Of a DNA stretch of 64,000 nt, positions 21,201 through 30,465 are shown piece by piece. Each line of letters starts with the position of its first letter. Positions within the stretch are counted from its first letter, which is position 1. Below the pieces are notes generated by a model. That model was not told the origin of the DNA. It did no database searches and saw only the letters and a list, made by a program, of their open reading frames with translations. Both the position numbers and the translations under genes were made by a program. This DNA is from an uncultured Acidobacteriota bacterium (GTDB lineage: Bacteria; Acidobacteriota; UBA6911), in the NCBI GenBank assembly GCA_963843575.1, contig CAWJKZ010000021.1, positions 128,001 to 192,000 of the forward strand, written 5' to 3'.

Positions 21201-22391
21201 AAGGTCGACCGTGCGGCGCTTTCCGCGCTCGCCGTCTCCGTTTCGGGTCACGACCAGACTCCGGCGCTCGACGATTTCGAGCGCCGGCTCGCCAGGATCT
21301 GGGAAGCGGTCCTACGCGTCCACCCCGTCGGCGTCCGGGACAACTTTTTTGAGCTGGGAGGCCATTCGCTTCTGGCCGTCCGGCTGATTTCGCAGATCGA
21401 GAAAGCCTTCGGCCGGCGCCTGCCGATCGCGAACGTCTTCCGGTACCCCACCCCTCAACTGCTCGCGTCGGTCCTGCGGCAACAGGAATGGGTGCTGCCC
21501 CAGTCCCTGCTTGCCCCGCTGCAGCCGCTGGGGGACCGGCCGCCTTTCTTCTGGGTCCTGGGGGACAACAGCAACGCCTTTCTGCCCCAACATCTGGGGA
21601 AGGAGCAACCGGTCTACGGTCTGATGCATCAAAGCCAGGACGGGAGACCGGCGCGGTATACCACCGTGCGGGACCTGGCGGCCCACTATCTCGGCGAAGT
21701 CCAGAGCGTGCAGGGCGAAGGCCCCTATTGGCTGGGCGGCTTTTCCTTCGGGGGTCTGGTAGCCTTCGAAATGGCTCAGCAGCTTTTGGACGAGGGGCAC
21801 CGGGTCGCGCTCCTGGTGCTGCTGGAGCCCAGCCACCCCGGGAATCAAGTCCCCCGTAAGCCGCCTATTCCTGCTCCTGCTGCCGCGACGGGCGGCCGTT
21901 TCGAACACCTGGTGCGGGAAAGCCACCGCCACCTGGGGGAGATGCGCCGGCTCGAGGTGCGAGGCCAGGCGGACTATCTCTGGTCGAGAATCGTCGCGAA
22001 GGGGAGACAGGCGGCGGCTCGCCTCAAGAAACCCAGCCGACGGGCGGCCTACAGGCTGTACCTCAAGGTCGGGCGTCCTCTACCCGGGAGCCTGCAGTCA
22101 ACCTACCTGATCGATCTCTATCACAGGGCAGCGCAGAGTTACCAGGCGCGGTCCTACGCGGGGCGCGTCGTGCTCATGGGCCGTCCGGGACACCTGCCCG
22201 ACATGGTCCTTCACTGGAGCCCGTTTACTTCCGCGCTGAAGACCTGTGACCTGCCGGGCGAGACCCACACCGACGTCGTGCGCGTCCCGGAGGCGATTAG
22301 GGAGATGTGCGGAAAGCTGAGTGCCCTGATGGAAGAGTCGCTCGAGGCCGGCATTGCTGACAAGGCCGAGCCCTTAGGGGCCCGGGGCTAG
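18300..22391 (+). CDS. Monomodular NRPS (C-A-T-TE)
   Basis: LSFAQQRLWFL and HHIVSDGWS (C); YTSGSTGTPKG, NVYGPTE and YRTGD (A); LGGHSLL (T); GFSFGG (TE). Confidence 0.95.
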   Translation: MNLQDIGHHGIRSGIPRVDGREFPLSFAQQRLWFLDQLGESGPLYNVPVCFRLQGILRTGELQRALGAVAARHATLRTNFVEVGGIPRQVVSEPREIPLPLVDLTGLPAHEREREAVRLAGQEAQRRFDLSRDPLLRAAVFQLGPEDHLLIANMHHIVSDGWSLGIFFRELGAFYEEYVTGTPAALAPLPIQYADFAVWQRENLQGASLDKLLSYWKGQLDGAPGLLELPTDRPRPAVQQFLGGSVAIEVPRPVSRALAEFSRRHRASMFMTLLAAFKLLLYRYSGQTDIVVGSPIAGRNRIEVESLIGFFVNTLVLRSKVEGAGDFRALLHRVRETALEAYNYQDLPFEKLVEELQPRREMSHSPLFQVMFGFQNAAPPPALLQLKVTPLEIHTGTSKFDLILSLSDGPQGLQGKLNYDAGLFDASTAARMAGHYRNLLEAVVAVPNHPVGRLALMTEGERLQIVSTWNSTEADFPTNACIHQLFEEQAGRTPERVAVNYGDVRITYGRLNACANQLARKLQAMGVGPEVLVGIFMERSAGMVVALLAVLKAGGAYVPLDPGYPATRLSFMIEDSGARVILTEEKLAPNLPPGSARVLVLDKVQDEITSQSGHNLACVTTGGNLAYLMYTSGSTGTPKGAAIPHRAVNRLVIHTDYVQLVPDDVVAQVSNCAFDAAIFEIWGALLNGARLTGIRKEDVLSPGRLAGLIEREGVSVMFLTTALFHQLARESPAVFGKLRCLLVGGEAAQPRWVDAVSREGPPEQLLNVYGPTETTTFASWHRVTAPPGRASSIPIGKPIANTRIHVLDCQMQPTPIGVVGELYIGGPGLARGYHNRPDTTADRFVPNPYALEPGGRLYRTGDRARYLPDGSIEFCGRSDQQVKIRGFRVELEEIEAAVARHPDVKRCAVVAVRDASGARRLIGYVVGAAQHPPAPDDLRHFAGERLPDYMVPSAFVLLDDLPLSPNAKVDRAALSALAVSVSGHDQTPALDDFERRLARIWEAVLRVHPVGVRDNFFELGGHSLLAVRLISQIEKAFGRRLPIANVFRYPTPQLLASVLRQQEWVLPQSLLAPLQPLGDRPPFFWVLGDNSNAFLPQHLGKEQPVYGLMHQSQDGRPARYTTVRDLAAHYLGEVQSVQGEGPYWLGGFSFGGLVAFEMAQQLLDEGHRVALLVLLEPSHPGNQVPRKPPIPAPAAATGGRFEHLVRESHRHLGEMRRLEVRGQADYLWSRIVAKGRQAAARLKKPSRRAAYRLYLKVGRPLPGSLQSTYLIDLYHRAAQSYQARSYAGRVVLMGRPGHLPDMVLHWSPFTSALKTCDLPGETHTDVVRVPEAIREMCGKLSALMEESLEAGIADKAEPLGARG

Positions 22392-22445
22392 CCTGGATTT
22401 GCACACCGGGCGCGCCGAACAGGGCGGTGCGCCCCGGAGGTAGAA

Positions 22446-22477
22446 CTCACCTCGAAGACTCCCCAAAAATCTCGAAG
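22446..22477 (+). repeat. Repeat family B copy between the convergent NRPS genes
   Basis: ctcacctcgaagactccccaaaaatctcgaag. Confidence 0.65.
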
Positions 22478-22483
22478 ACCCAC

Positions 22484-24373
22484 TCACCGGGCGGACCCGC
22501 CTCTGCGCCGGACGACCAGCTGCGCCAGCTCCGCGATCGTGGGCGCCTCGAACAGCGAGCTTACCGGCAGCTGCAACCCGTATTCCTCCGACATGCGAGA
22601 GATCACGCGGGTGGCCGCGATCGATTGCCCTCCCAGCTCCAGGAAGTCGTCGTCCACGCCGACGCGGTCGATCTTCAGCACTGCGCGCCAGATCTCCGCC
22701 AGTTTCTCCTCCACCGGCGTGCGCGGGGCAACGAAGGCGGTCTCCGGCAGGGGCCGGACTCCGCCTGTGGCCGCCGGGAGGGCGCGCCGGTCTATCTTGC
22801 CGTTTGCCGTCAGCGGCATGGCCGCCAAGGTAACGAAGACGGAGGGGACCATGTATTCCGGGAGCTTTGCCGCCACGGCGCGGCGCAAGCGGGAGGCCTC
22901 GGGCGGGTCTGGTCCTTCCGGGACCAGGTAAGCCGCCAGGCTCATTTCGCCGGGGCCTTCCTCGCGGCCGATCACGGCCGCCTGCCGGACGCCGTCGATC
23001 CCAAGCAGGACCGTTTCGACCTCCTCGACGTCTACACGGTGCCCGCGGATCTTGATCTGGAAATCCCTGCGGCCCACGAAGCACAGGCAGCCGTCGGAGC
23101 CGCGGCGGCCCAGGTCTCCGGTGCGATAGATCCGTCCGCCGCCATTCGGGTCGGGGAGAAAGGCCGCGTCGGTCAGGTCTGGGCGGTGCCAGTAGCGCAC
23201 CGCACCGTATCGGCTGCGGATGGCGAATTCGCCGACCTCGTCCACGCTCACGGGCCGGCGCTGCTCGTCGAGGAGCAGAACCTCCGTCCCCTCGACCGGA
23301 TAACCCGCGGGCAGGACGCTGCCCGTCAGCTCCGTTTCCCTGTCCGCGAAGATGTAGGCATAGTCGCCGAACTCGGTGCAACCCAGCGAGCTCGACAGGA
23401 TGCACCGTTCCGGGAAGTGCTTCCGATACAGCGCCACGTCGCTGCGATACACGGGCTCGCCGTAGAGGCTGATCAATCGCAGGTCGACCAGTCGCTCGTT
23501 CCCCGCGAACGTGGTGACCCAGGTCCGGAACGTCGAGACGGCGGAGCGGAATACGGTCACGCGCTCGCGTTCCAGCCACGCGCCTAGGCGAGTCAGGTCT
23601 TCGCGCCGGAGGTTGACCGGATAGTAGGTAGCTCCGTTGAGCAGGGCATACAGGTAGGACCGCATGCTGGCACGCAGCATGGCCAGCCGGTCTTCCGGGC
23701 ACATCCGGGAGATGTTCGTGAAGTGCCTGATCGCCTGCAGCACGCCCCTGTGGTCCCGGACGATTCCCTTGGGCTGTCCCGTCGATCCCGACGAGAATTC
23801 CAGGGCGATGTCTGCGTCGGCAGGGAGGCGCAGCCCGGGAGCGGTCTCCGGACAACCGTCGAGCTCTTCGATGTCGAGGACGGGCACGCCCGAGAGCTCG
23901 GCCGCAAGACCGAGGTGGCCCCGGTCGGTCACGATCAGGGCCGCGCCCGACGCAGTCAGGCTGTAGTCGAGACGGGCGCGCGGGAAGGTGCTCTCCAGCG
24001 GGACCTGGACCCGGCCCGCTTTCAGGGCTGCCAGCGAAGCCACGACATAAGGGGCGCCGTTTTCGAACAGGAGGGCCACGGGTTCCGTGCTCGAGCCCGC
24101 GCGTCCCATGATGGCGTGCGCCACCCTGTTGGCGGCGCGATCCAGTTCGGCATAGGTCAGCTCGCGGGTGGGGGTCTTTACCGCCGGCCTGTCGGCGTGC
24201 AGGCGCACCGTCTTCTCGAAGCGTTCGACAATCGACTGCTCGACGTCCTCTTCCCGGAATTCCGAGAAGACTCCGGACGGGTGGACGCACCGGTTTTGGA
24301 TTGACCGCTGCAGGGCGGCCGCCTCGTTATTGCTTTCGTAACTCTGGTTCATGGGACGACTGCATTCCTCCAT
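22484..24373 (-). CDS. Stand-alone adenylation-thiolation (A-T) didomain with divergent A domain
   Basis: LTYAEL, FSSGSTGQPKG, SSLGCTE, YRTGDLG, QIKIRGHRV and NGKIDR; T motif LGGQSI. Confidence 0.9.
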   Translation of the reverse strand: MEECSRPMNQSYESNNEAAALQRSIQNRCVHPSGVFSEFREEDVEQSIVERFEKTVRLHADRPAVKTPTRELTYAELDRAANRVAHAIMGRAGSSTEPVALLFENGAPYVVASLAALKAGRVQVPLESTFPRARLDYSLTASGAALIVTDRGHLGLAAELSGVPVLDIEELDGCPETAPGLRLPADADIALEFSSGSTGQPKGIVRDHRGVLQAIRHFTNISRMCPEDRLAMLRASMRSYLYALLNGATYYPVNLRREDLTRLGAWLERERVTVFRSAVSTFRTWVTTFAGNERLVDLRLISLYGEPVYRSDVALYRKHFPERCILSSSLGCTEFGDYAYIFADRETELTGSVLPAGYPVEGTEVLLLDEQRRPVSVDEVGEFAIRSRYGAVRYWHRPDLTDAAFLPDPNGGGRIYRTGDLGRRGSDGCLCFVGRRDFQIKIRGHRVDVEEVETVLLGIDGVRQAAVIGREEGPGEMSLAAYLVPEGPDPPEASRLRRAVAAKLPEYMVPSVFVTLAAMPLTANGKIDRRALPAATGGVRPLPETAFVAPRTPVEEKLAEIWRAVLKIDRVGVDDDFLELGGQSIAATRVISRMSEEYGLQLPVSSLFEAPTIAELAQLVVRRRGGSAR

Positions 24374-24382
24374 GGGCGGATT

Positions 24383-25321
24383 CTACCCGTCCTCGTTCCT
24401 GGAGCGGAAGTAGCGTTTGACGTGCTCGTGCAGCTCCGGTTTTTCAGAATTCCAACGCCAACAGCCCTCCGGGCTCAACGCGATGTCAACGTAGGGGTCG
24501 AACCGGTACCCGGCGATGTCCTGGTAGCGGCGCTCGTATTTCCGGTTGGCCCGTTCGCCGTGCCACAGGTGAAACACGCGCCCTGCGGCCCAGCCGACCC
24601 GGCCACGCACCGAGTCGAAGAACGGCCGCGCCCACGCCCGGTAGTGCCGTGCCTGCGCTTCGGTGAACGATCTGAGGCCTGTGTAGTGATCGAACAGGCC
24701 GTAGGAGGCGCAGACGACGGCCTGGTCGCCGCTCCCAAGGATGGAGGCGTCATACAGCCCGTGCCGGTCGAGGAGATCCCTCCGGGCCGCCCAGGCCAGC
24801 CCGTTACCACAGCCGCTGCGCAGGACGGAGTTCGGCACGAACATATCTTCGGGGAGCGCATTCAGTTCGCGGATCTTGTAGATAGACGACATGGCCGTGG
24901 GCGGGACGTCGGCTGGAGGGAATCCGGCGCCGTCATAATCCCTGGGCAGATCCAGCCGGGCCTGAAACAAATGGACCAGCGCGTGTCTCTGCAGCCCTTC
25001 CAGGGCGAGCAGCGGCCAGTCGGGCCGCTCGAACAGGACGTCGCAGTCGAGCCAGGCGACGCTCGCGCAATCGCGGGGCAGCGCGCCGAGCGCGAGGTTC
25101 AGGAGCCGCTCCTTCTGGAACATGATGTCGCCTTCGCATAGCTGGATCAGGCTGTCGGCGTCCCCGGGTTGAAGCTCGAGGCCGTCGAAGCCGAGTTCGA
25201 CCGTAACCAGGGGCACGCCGAGCCGCTCGCGGAAAATGCGGTAGTTTTCACGCCGGCGGCGGTATCCGGCTGGATTGAAATAGCACGTAATGGCCCAGAG
25301 CTGCCCGGCATCGCCCGTCAT
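24383..25321 (-). CDS. Hypothetical protein, probable GT-A-fold glycosyltransferase-like
   Basis: QKERLLN, WLDCD (DxD), GSGD and HLWHG motifs; lies in an operon-like run with the A-T gene. Confidence 0.6.
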   Translation of the reverse strand: MTGDAGQLWAITCYFNPAGYRRRRENYRIFRERLGVPLVTVELGFDGLELQPGDADSLIQLCEGDIMFQKERLLNLALGALPRDCASVAWLDCDVLFERPDWPLLALEGLQRHALVHLFQARLDLPRDYDGAGFPPADVPPTAMSSIYKIRELNALPEDMFVPNSVLRSGCGNGLAWAARRDLLDRHGLYDASILGSGDQAVVCASYGLFDHYTGLRSFTEAQARHYRAWARPFFDSVRGRVGWAAGRVFHLWHGERANRKYERRYQDIAGYRFDPYVDIALSPEGCWRWNSEKPELHEHVKRYFRSRNEDG

Positions 25322-25446
25322 GGTTGCCCCTCCTGTCGGCCGGGCCGCTGAGAGAACGGCCGCCCGACCCCGTGTGACTCATCTGCTTTACTCATCGGAC
25401 GGATTCAGCTTGTCCCTCAGTACCGAACGGACCGGCCCGACCATCG

Positions 25447-27078
25447 TCAGGACCAGCGGGTCCAGTCGCGTGTGACGAGCACGTAAACGGCGATCAGCGT
25501 ATTCGTGACCGCGTGAGCCTGTATCGCGTCGGAGGTTTTCCCCCTGAGACAAAACGCCCAGCCAAACAGCAATCCCGCCAGCGTGCCCGGCAGCCAGTTG
25601 CGGCCGTGGACGGCTCCAAACAAGAGAGACGAAATCACAAATGAATAAAGCGGTATCCGGCCGGCCTGGACCTCCAGGAACCGGGCCGACACGAACCGCC
25701 GGAGCAGGTAGCCGCGAAACGCGAGTTCTTCTGCGACCGGGGTCGCGACGACGTATCCCAGCACCCTGAACGAAACCCAGAAGGCTGACCACACGGTCGG
25801 GATCTGACTCAGGCTGTCGGCCGTGTCCGCGTTCCCGGAACCCCCCCGGCGAGCCACGAGCAGCCACAGGACTGCCGCAACCGTTCCGAGCGCAGCGGCC
25901 GGCCAGGACCACGACCAGCGTGCCCGGCCATACGATGCCCGAAAGAACCACAGCACCCCCGCGATTGCGACGACGCGCACCGGGTACAGCCAGTCGAAGC
26001 CTGCCGAAACCGCCGTGGTCACCATCCCGGCGGCGACGCCGGCCATCAGCGGCGCCAGATAAGCCGCCGAGGGGCTCGACCTGAACGTCCCCGCGGGCGG
26101 TCCCGTGGTCCTTGTGAAGAATCTCATCCGCCCGGCGCCGACGATGAGCCCCAGGGCCACCGCGTTGAAGGCCAGCCACCCGGCCTGGGAATGGAACCCC
26201 CCCATCGCCACTTCCGCCGAAACACGGGTGCCGAGGACGATCAGGGAGGCTAGACGAAAAGCGTTGGTGACCCACATCGACGCGAGGCCTATCGGGAACA
26301 GCAGGAACGCCTGGGGAAAACGAAACTCGTCCCGGTACATCCCCAGATAGACGGCGAGAAAGATCGAGACGAGCCCCATCCCCTCGAATCCCGAGCACGA
26401 CACCCCCACAATGACCTTGAAACCGGCCGTGCCGAGGGTCCTGGTCAGCGGATCGCAGACAAGATCGGGATACAGCGGATGCAGCAGCCAGTAAACACTC
26501 TGGAACGTGTACCCGGCGAGGGATTGCCAGAGTTGCCCCAAGCGCGCCTCGGCGATATATGCCGCGCTCCCGATCGCCAGACCGCCGATCGATTCCCACC
26601 TGAAGCCCCCGAACAGCCGGGACCAGAAGTCAGGGGGAAAGACAATCAGGCACCAAGAGCCGAAAGCCGCGGTTCCGGCCAGAACCCACAGGATTACCCG
26701 CAGGACCGGCGGACCGGCTGGATGCGATCCTCCCTCGACGACCACGCGCGTCATCCAGACGAACGCTCCGAAGAGGGCAATGTGGACCAAGAGGATCAGA
26801 AACAGTCGGGTCCATTCCCGCCTCCTCTCGAGAGTCGGCTTCACCTCCGCCCAAAGTCTCCTGCCGCCGAACAGCAGCAGCGATGTCGCCACCGAGGGAA
26901 CCAGGATCTGCACGAATCCCGGCAGGTAGGTCGAGTAGTAGATCAGCCTGGCCACCAAGGAGTCGCCGTCCCCAGGCGCAGGGACGCTGAACCAGAGTTG
27001 GAGCGCCGCGACTTCGACGAACAGCAGCAGAAGCGCCCCGCCCCACTTGATGATCTGTCCAGCTGCTTTAATCTGCAT
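25447..27078 (-). CDS. xrtE: Exosortase E-type / CPBP (CAAX protease) fusion
   Basis: Multi-TM; exosortase triad motifs CSGFEG, NAFR and FHSQAGW; C-terminal EELAFRG, FGAVH and HAVTN. Confidence 0.88.
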   Translation of the reverse strand: MQIKAAGQIIKWGGALLLLFVEVAALQLWFSVPAPGDGDSLVARLIYYSTYLPGFVQILVPSVATSLLLFGGRRLWAEVKPTLERRREWTRLFLILLVHIALFGAFVWMTRVVVEGGSHPAGPPVLRVILWVLAGTAAFGSWCLIVFPPDFWSRLFGGFRWESIGGLAIGSAAYIAEARLGQLWQSLAGYTFQSVYWLLHPLYPDLVCDPLTRTLGTAGFKVIVGVSCSGFEGMGLVSIFLAVYLGMYRDEFRFPQAFLLFPIGLASMWVTNAFRLASLIVLGTRVSAEVAMGGFHSQAGWLAFNAVALGLIVGAGRMRFFTRTTGPPAGTFRSSPSAAYLAPLMAGVAAGMVTTAVSAGFDWLYPVRVVAIAGVLWFFRASYGRARWSWSWPAAALGTVAAVLWLLVARRGGSGNADTADSLSQIPTVWSAFWVSFRVLGYVVATPVAEELAFRGYLLRRFVSARFLEVQAGRIPLYSFVISSLLFGAVHGRNWLPGTLAGLLFGWAFCLRGKTSDAIQAHAVTNTLIAVYVLVTRDWTRWS

Positions 27079-27125
27079 CGGCCGGTCGCCGTGCCTCGGG
27101 TGCTCCAAGTCCCGCAGGCGAAACA

Positions 27126-27165
27126 CTCACTTTGGAGGCTCCAGGAACTCGAGGGATCTCAAAGG
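27126..27165 (+). repeat. Repeat family B copy (degenerate)
   Basis: ctcactttggaggctccaggaactcgagggatctcaaagg. Confidence 0.6.
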
Positions 27166-27274
27166 ATCTGGGGTTTTTTGGGGCAGGAATTGAATTGGCA
27201 GACAAAAGACCGGCACCCAATGTGGCCGTAAACAGAACTACACTCCGGGTTGCCTGGGAACCACAGGTTTGAGT

Positions 27275-27547
27275 CTATCGCTGGCGCTTGCGATCCCTGA
27301 AGATCATGAGGCCGCCCGCCAGCAGCGTAAGCGCACTCGCCAGCAACCCGGGATCGAGTTCGGGAGCGTGAGCGGCCGACCCCGCGTCCTTGCCGTTAAT
27401 GCCGTAAGCATTCCCGTTCGGGTTGGGGTTTCCCGGCGGATTCGCCTTGCCCGGGTCCGCCAGAGCCGTGGACGCCAGGAGCGCCAGCACAAAGAGGATG
27501 CCACAGACGAGCGACGGCCTCCTCTTTGTTCGAGATGCGCAATGCAT
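27275..27547 (-). CDS. Small VPEID-CTERM-like exosortase substrate (APELDPG sorting signal)
   Basis: AAGGAG RBS; signal peptide, 30-aa N/G/P-rich core, APELDPG + TM helix + RDRKRQR; directly upstream of xrtE. Confidence 0.85.
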   Translation of the reverse strand: MHCASRTKRRPSLVCGILFVLALLASTALADPGKANPPGNPNPNGNAYGINGKDAGSAAHAPELDPGLLASALTLLAGGLMIFRDRKRQR

Positions 27548-27846
27548 GTGGTGACTCCTTCGATTGGAGTGTGATTCCCGCTTCAACCCAGCTTCTGTCC
27601 CTCTCCGCAATGCCTGTTGTTGACAGTGGTACTCAGGGTGCCTCGAGACTATCGCAGGTGGTGGGCAGTTGGCAATGGAACTATGGTGGGAGTAGACATT
27701 GCATCCTGGAACCCCGCCGGCCGCACTGGCCAGGTCCGCTCGCCTCGGCACACCGAACGGCCTTTGCTTTGGAGTTTGGTTGTGCTTCCAGGTGAATTGT
27801 GATATTCAGAAACGCCGCTCCTCTGCATTCGCCCAGCGCCAGAGAT

Positions 27847-28605
27847 ATGCGACGAGAGTTCATTTATCCTCACCGGAGTGTGCGTTCCTTCCCTGTTTCC
27901 GGGCCGCGGCTGTACGCCGCGCTGGCGACGGCGGTTTCCCTCACGGCTCTGGTCTGTTATTTCGGCACGTCGCTGCTGGCTGCCCATGGCAACCTGTCGT
28001 CGTATCTGCTCGAAACGACGTGCGTCGCCGGTGTCGGGTCTGAGGTGGAGTCCGTGCGGGTATTTCCCTACCTGGGGAGTGCGGTGGTGCCTCGGGTACC
28101 ATTTCCGCCCAACCGGGCCAACCCGCTGCGGACGGGGATCGTGTTTGCGTCGTTCCTTTTCGGATTGATCCTGATCCACCGGCGGTTCCCGCTCAGCCGC
28201 AACTTTGTCGTTTTTCTGATGGTGCTCCTCTGTGCGGCCGCGGGGGTGATGTTCTTCAACCCCTCTTTTCATTTCGATTCCGGCATGTTCGCGCAGATCT
28301 GGTTACGCGGTGAGTTCCTGGTCTGGCTGTTGCTCCCCTGGGTTTCGGCCCTGCTTTTCATTCTGACCATGCCGTCGGTCGCGGCGGGCGTGGGCTGGGC
28401 GCTGTCGATGCAGGCGTACGCCATTTTCTGGTCCGCCCTCCGCTTCGTCTTCTGCCTGGGCGTGCTGCACTTTACCGGCATCCTGTTTTTGCCCCTGCTC
28501 TGGTTCTCCCTGGGGATATTGTTCGACATGGTCTACATCCTGACGTTTTACAGCTTGGCGCTGCAGTGGTCCATGAAGCGAGCGATGGGCGAGAGGCGGT
28601 TGTGA
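27847..28605 (+). CDS. Multi-pass membrane protein of unknown function
   Basis: Several hydrophobic segments; GTGA overlap with the GT2 gene. Confidence 0.75.
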   Translation: MRREFIYPHRSVRSFPVSGPRLYAALATAVSLTALVCYFGTSLLAAHGNLSSYLLETTCVAGVGSEVESVRVFPYLGSAVVPRVPFPPNRANPLRTGIVFASFLFGLILIHRRFPLSRNFVVFLMVLLCAAAGVMFFNPSFHFDSGMFAQIWLRGEFLVWLLLPWVSALLFILTMPSVAAGVGWALSMQAYAIFWSALRFVFCLGVLHFTGILFLPLLWFSLGILFDMVYILTFYSLALQWSMKRAMGERRL

Positions 28606-30014
28606 TCTATCTCGTGTGGGGTTGCAGGATCTGCCTGGTTTTCACCGTGCTGGTGCTTACAGCGTACGTCGTCAGGCACCACTTTTTCGTTCTCTTCCGC
28701 ATCTCGACGCGGAAATCGCGCGACATGATGGAGTTGGTCGGGTTCACGACGCCGACGGTGACGGTGCTCGTGCCCATGCACAACGAGGAGGCGGTAGCGG
28801 CCGACGTGCTGCAGGCACTGGTGAACTGCGACTACGACGAGGGTAGGCTGGAGGTCTTGGCGGTCAACGACCGGTCGGAAGATCGCACCGGCGAGATCAT
28901 CGACGAGTTCGCGGCCAGGTACCCGGCCATCAGGGCGGTTCACCGCACGGCGGGAGAGGGGGGGAAGGGGGCGGCGCTGAAGCATGCCAGCACCCAGGCC
29001 CGGGGAGAGATCCTGCTGCTGTTCGACGCGGATTACATTCCGAGCCGGGCCATGATCAGGTTCCTGGTCGCTCCGTTTTGCGATCCTGAAGTGGGGGCGG
29101 TCATGGGCCGCGTCGTGCCCCACAACGGGGGAGCGAGCCTCCTGGCGGGACTGCTCGAACTGGAGCGGGGCGCCGGCTACCAGATCGGTCAGAAAGCGCG
29201 CTATGACCTCGGTCTTACCCCGCAATTCGGCGGGACCGTCGGGGGGGTCCGCGCTTCCGTGCTCGCGGCGGTGGGGGGATGGAACACCAACTCCCTCACG
29301 GAAGACACGGACCTGACCTTCCGCCTGCTGCTGAAGGGGTGGAAGGTTGCCTACGTGAATCGGGCCGAATGCTACGAGGAGGCGCCCGAGACGTGGCAGG
29401 TGCGGAGCAGGCAGATCGGCCGGTGGGCCATGGGCCACACCGAATGTCTGCACGCTTTCTGGAAGCAGTGGATCCGGCGGCGGTCGCTGACCAGGGCCGA
29501 AAAGATCGATGGCCTCTTCGTCCTGGCCTGCTATTGGACGGCCCCGATCCTCGTGCTGGGATGGCTGGCCTCGCTGGTGCTGTTTTTCACGCCACAGGCC
29601 CACGAGTCGGTTTTTTTCCTGCTCGCGCTCTCCTTCGTCGGTTATCAGCTGTTCGGCAACCAGGCGACCTTCCTGGAACTCGGCGCCGCCGCCCTGCTGG
29701 ACGGCAACCGCCGGCGCGTCGTTCTGCTGCCGCTGAGCCTCTTCAATTTTTTCGCCAGCACGGGCGCGATCTGCCAGGCGCTGCTGAGTTACTACATCGG
29801 TGGTTTCTTCGGTTCCGGGCCCCACTACTGGCACAAGACCAAGCGCTACCGCGGGGGCAACGGAGGTCCGCACCGGAACGGCAACGGAAACGGGCGCCCC
29901 AACGGGGGTCACGCCAACGAAAACGGCGGGAGCAACGGTGTAGTGAACGGCAGCCTGGCGAACCTCGGCGGCCGCAGTCGCGGGCAAGGGCCACAGGAAG
30001 GTCGGACGAAATAA
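28602..30014 (+). CDS. Processive family-2 glycosyltransferase (CesA/IcaA/PgaC-like)
   Basis: VPMHNEE, NDRSED, GKGAAL, FDAD, LTEDTD and QIGRW (QxxRW), plus TM helices. Confidence 0.92.
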   Translation: MIYLVWGCRICLVFTVLVLTAYVVRHHFFVLFRISTRKSRDMMELVGFTTPTVTVLVPMHNEEAVAADVLQALVNCDYDEGRLEVLAVNDRSEDRTGEIIDEFAARYPAIRAVHRTAGEGGKGAALKHASTQARGEILLLFDADYIPSRAMIRFLVAPFCDPEVGAVMGRVVPHNGGASLLAGLLELERGAGYQIGQKARYDLGLTPQFGGTVGGVRASVLAAVGGWNTNSLTEDTDLTFRLLLKGWKVAYVNRAECYEEAPETWQVRSRQIGRWAMGHTECLHAFWKQWIRRRSLTRAEKIDGLFVLACYWTAPILVLGWLASLVLFFTPQAHESVFFLLALSFVGYQLFGNQATFLELGAAALLDGNRRRVVLLPLSLFNFFASTGAICQALLSYYIGGFFGSGPHYWHKTKRYRGGNGGPHRNGNGNGRPNGGHANENGGSNGVVNGSLANLGGRSRGQGPQEGRTK

Positions 30015-30465
30015 CGCGCCTGGTGCTGCAGACCAGGTGCCGGACGGCGGGTGCCGCTCCCGTGCAGTGCAGGCAGGTTTACAGTGACCGCTTGGCCTTT
30101 CATCGCGTTTTCCTTGATCGTCATGGCTTTGGTCTGCGCCCACTTCCTCGTGGCCTACCGGGCCTGGCAAGCCTCACGCGGCGAGGAGTTTTCCGACATC
30201 GATCCCGATTACGTGACTGGAGATGCCCGGGAGCCTCCTCGGTCCTCTCCCGGCGGGATATCCCTCCTGCGACGATCATCAAAACTGGTCCGGCCGGAGC
30301 CGGGAGCCGCTGCTCCTGATGAAGGGCGCGCTCGACTATCTCCTCACCAACTGATGCCCAGTGGGCCGCGCCAGCCCGACGCGGCCCCGCGACCGTCACG
30401 GGCGGGGGCGGGCCGCCCCCGCCCACCGGACCGTCGCCGGAAGGCCAGGATGCGCGCGTCGCGGT

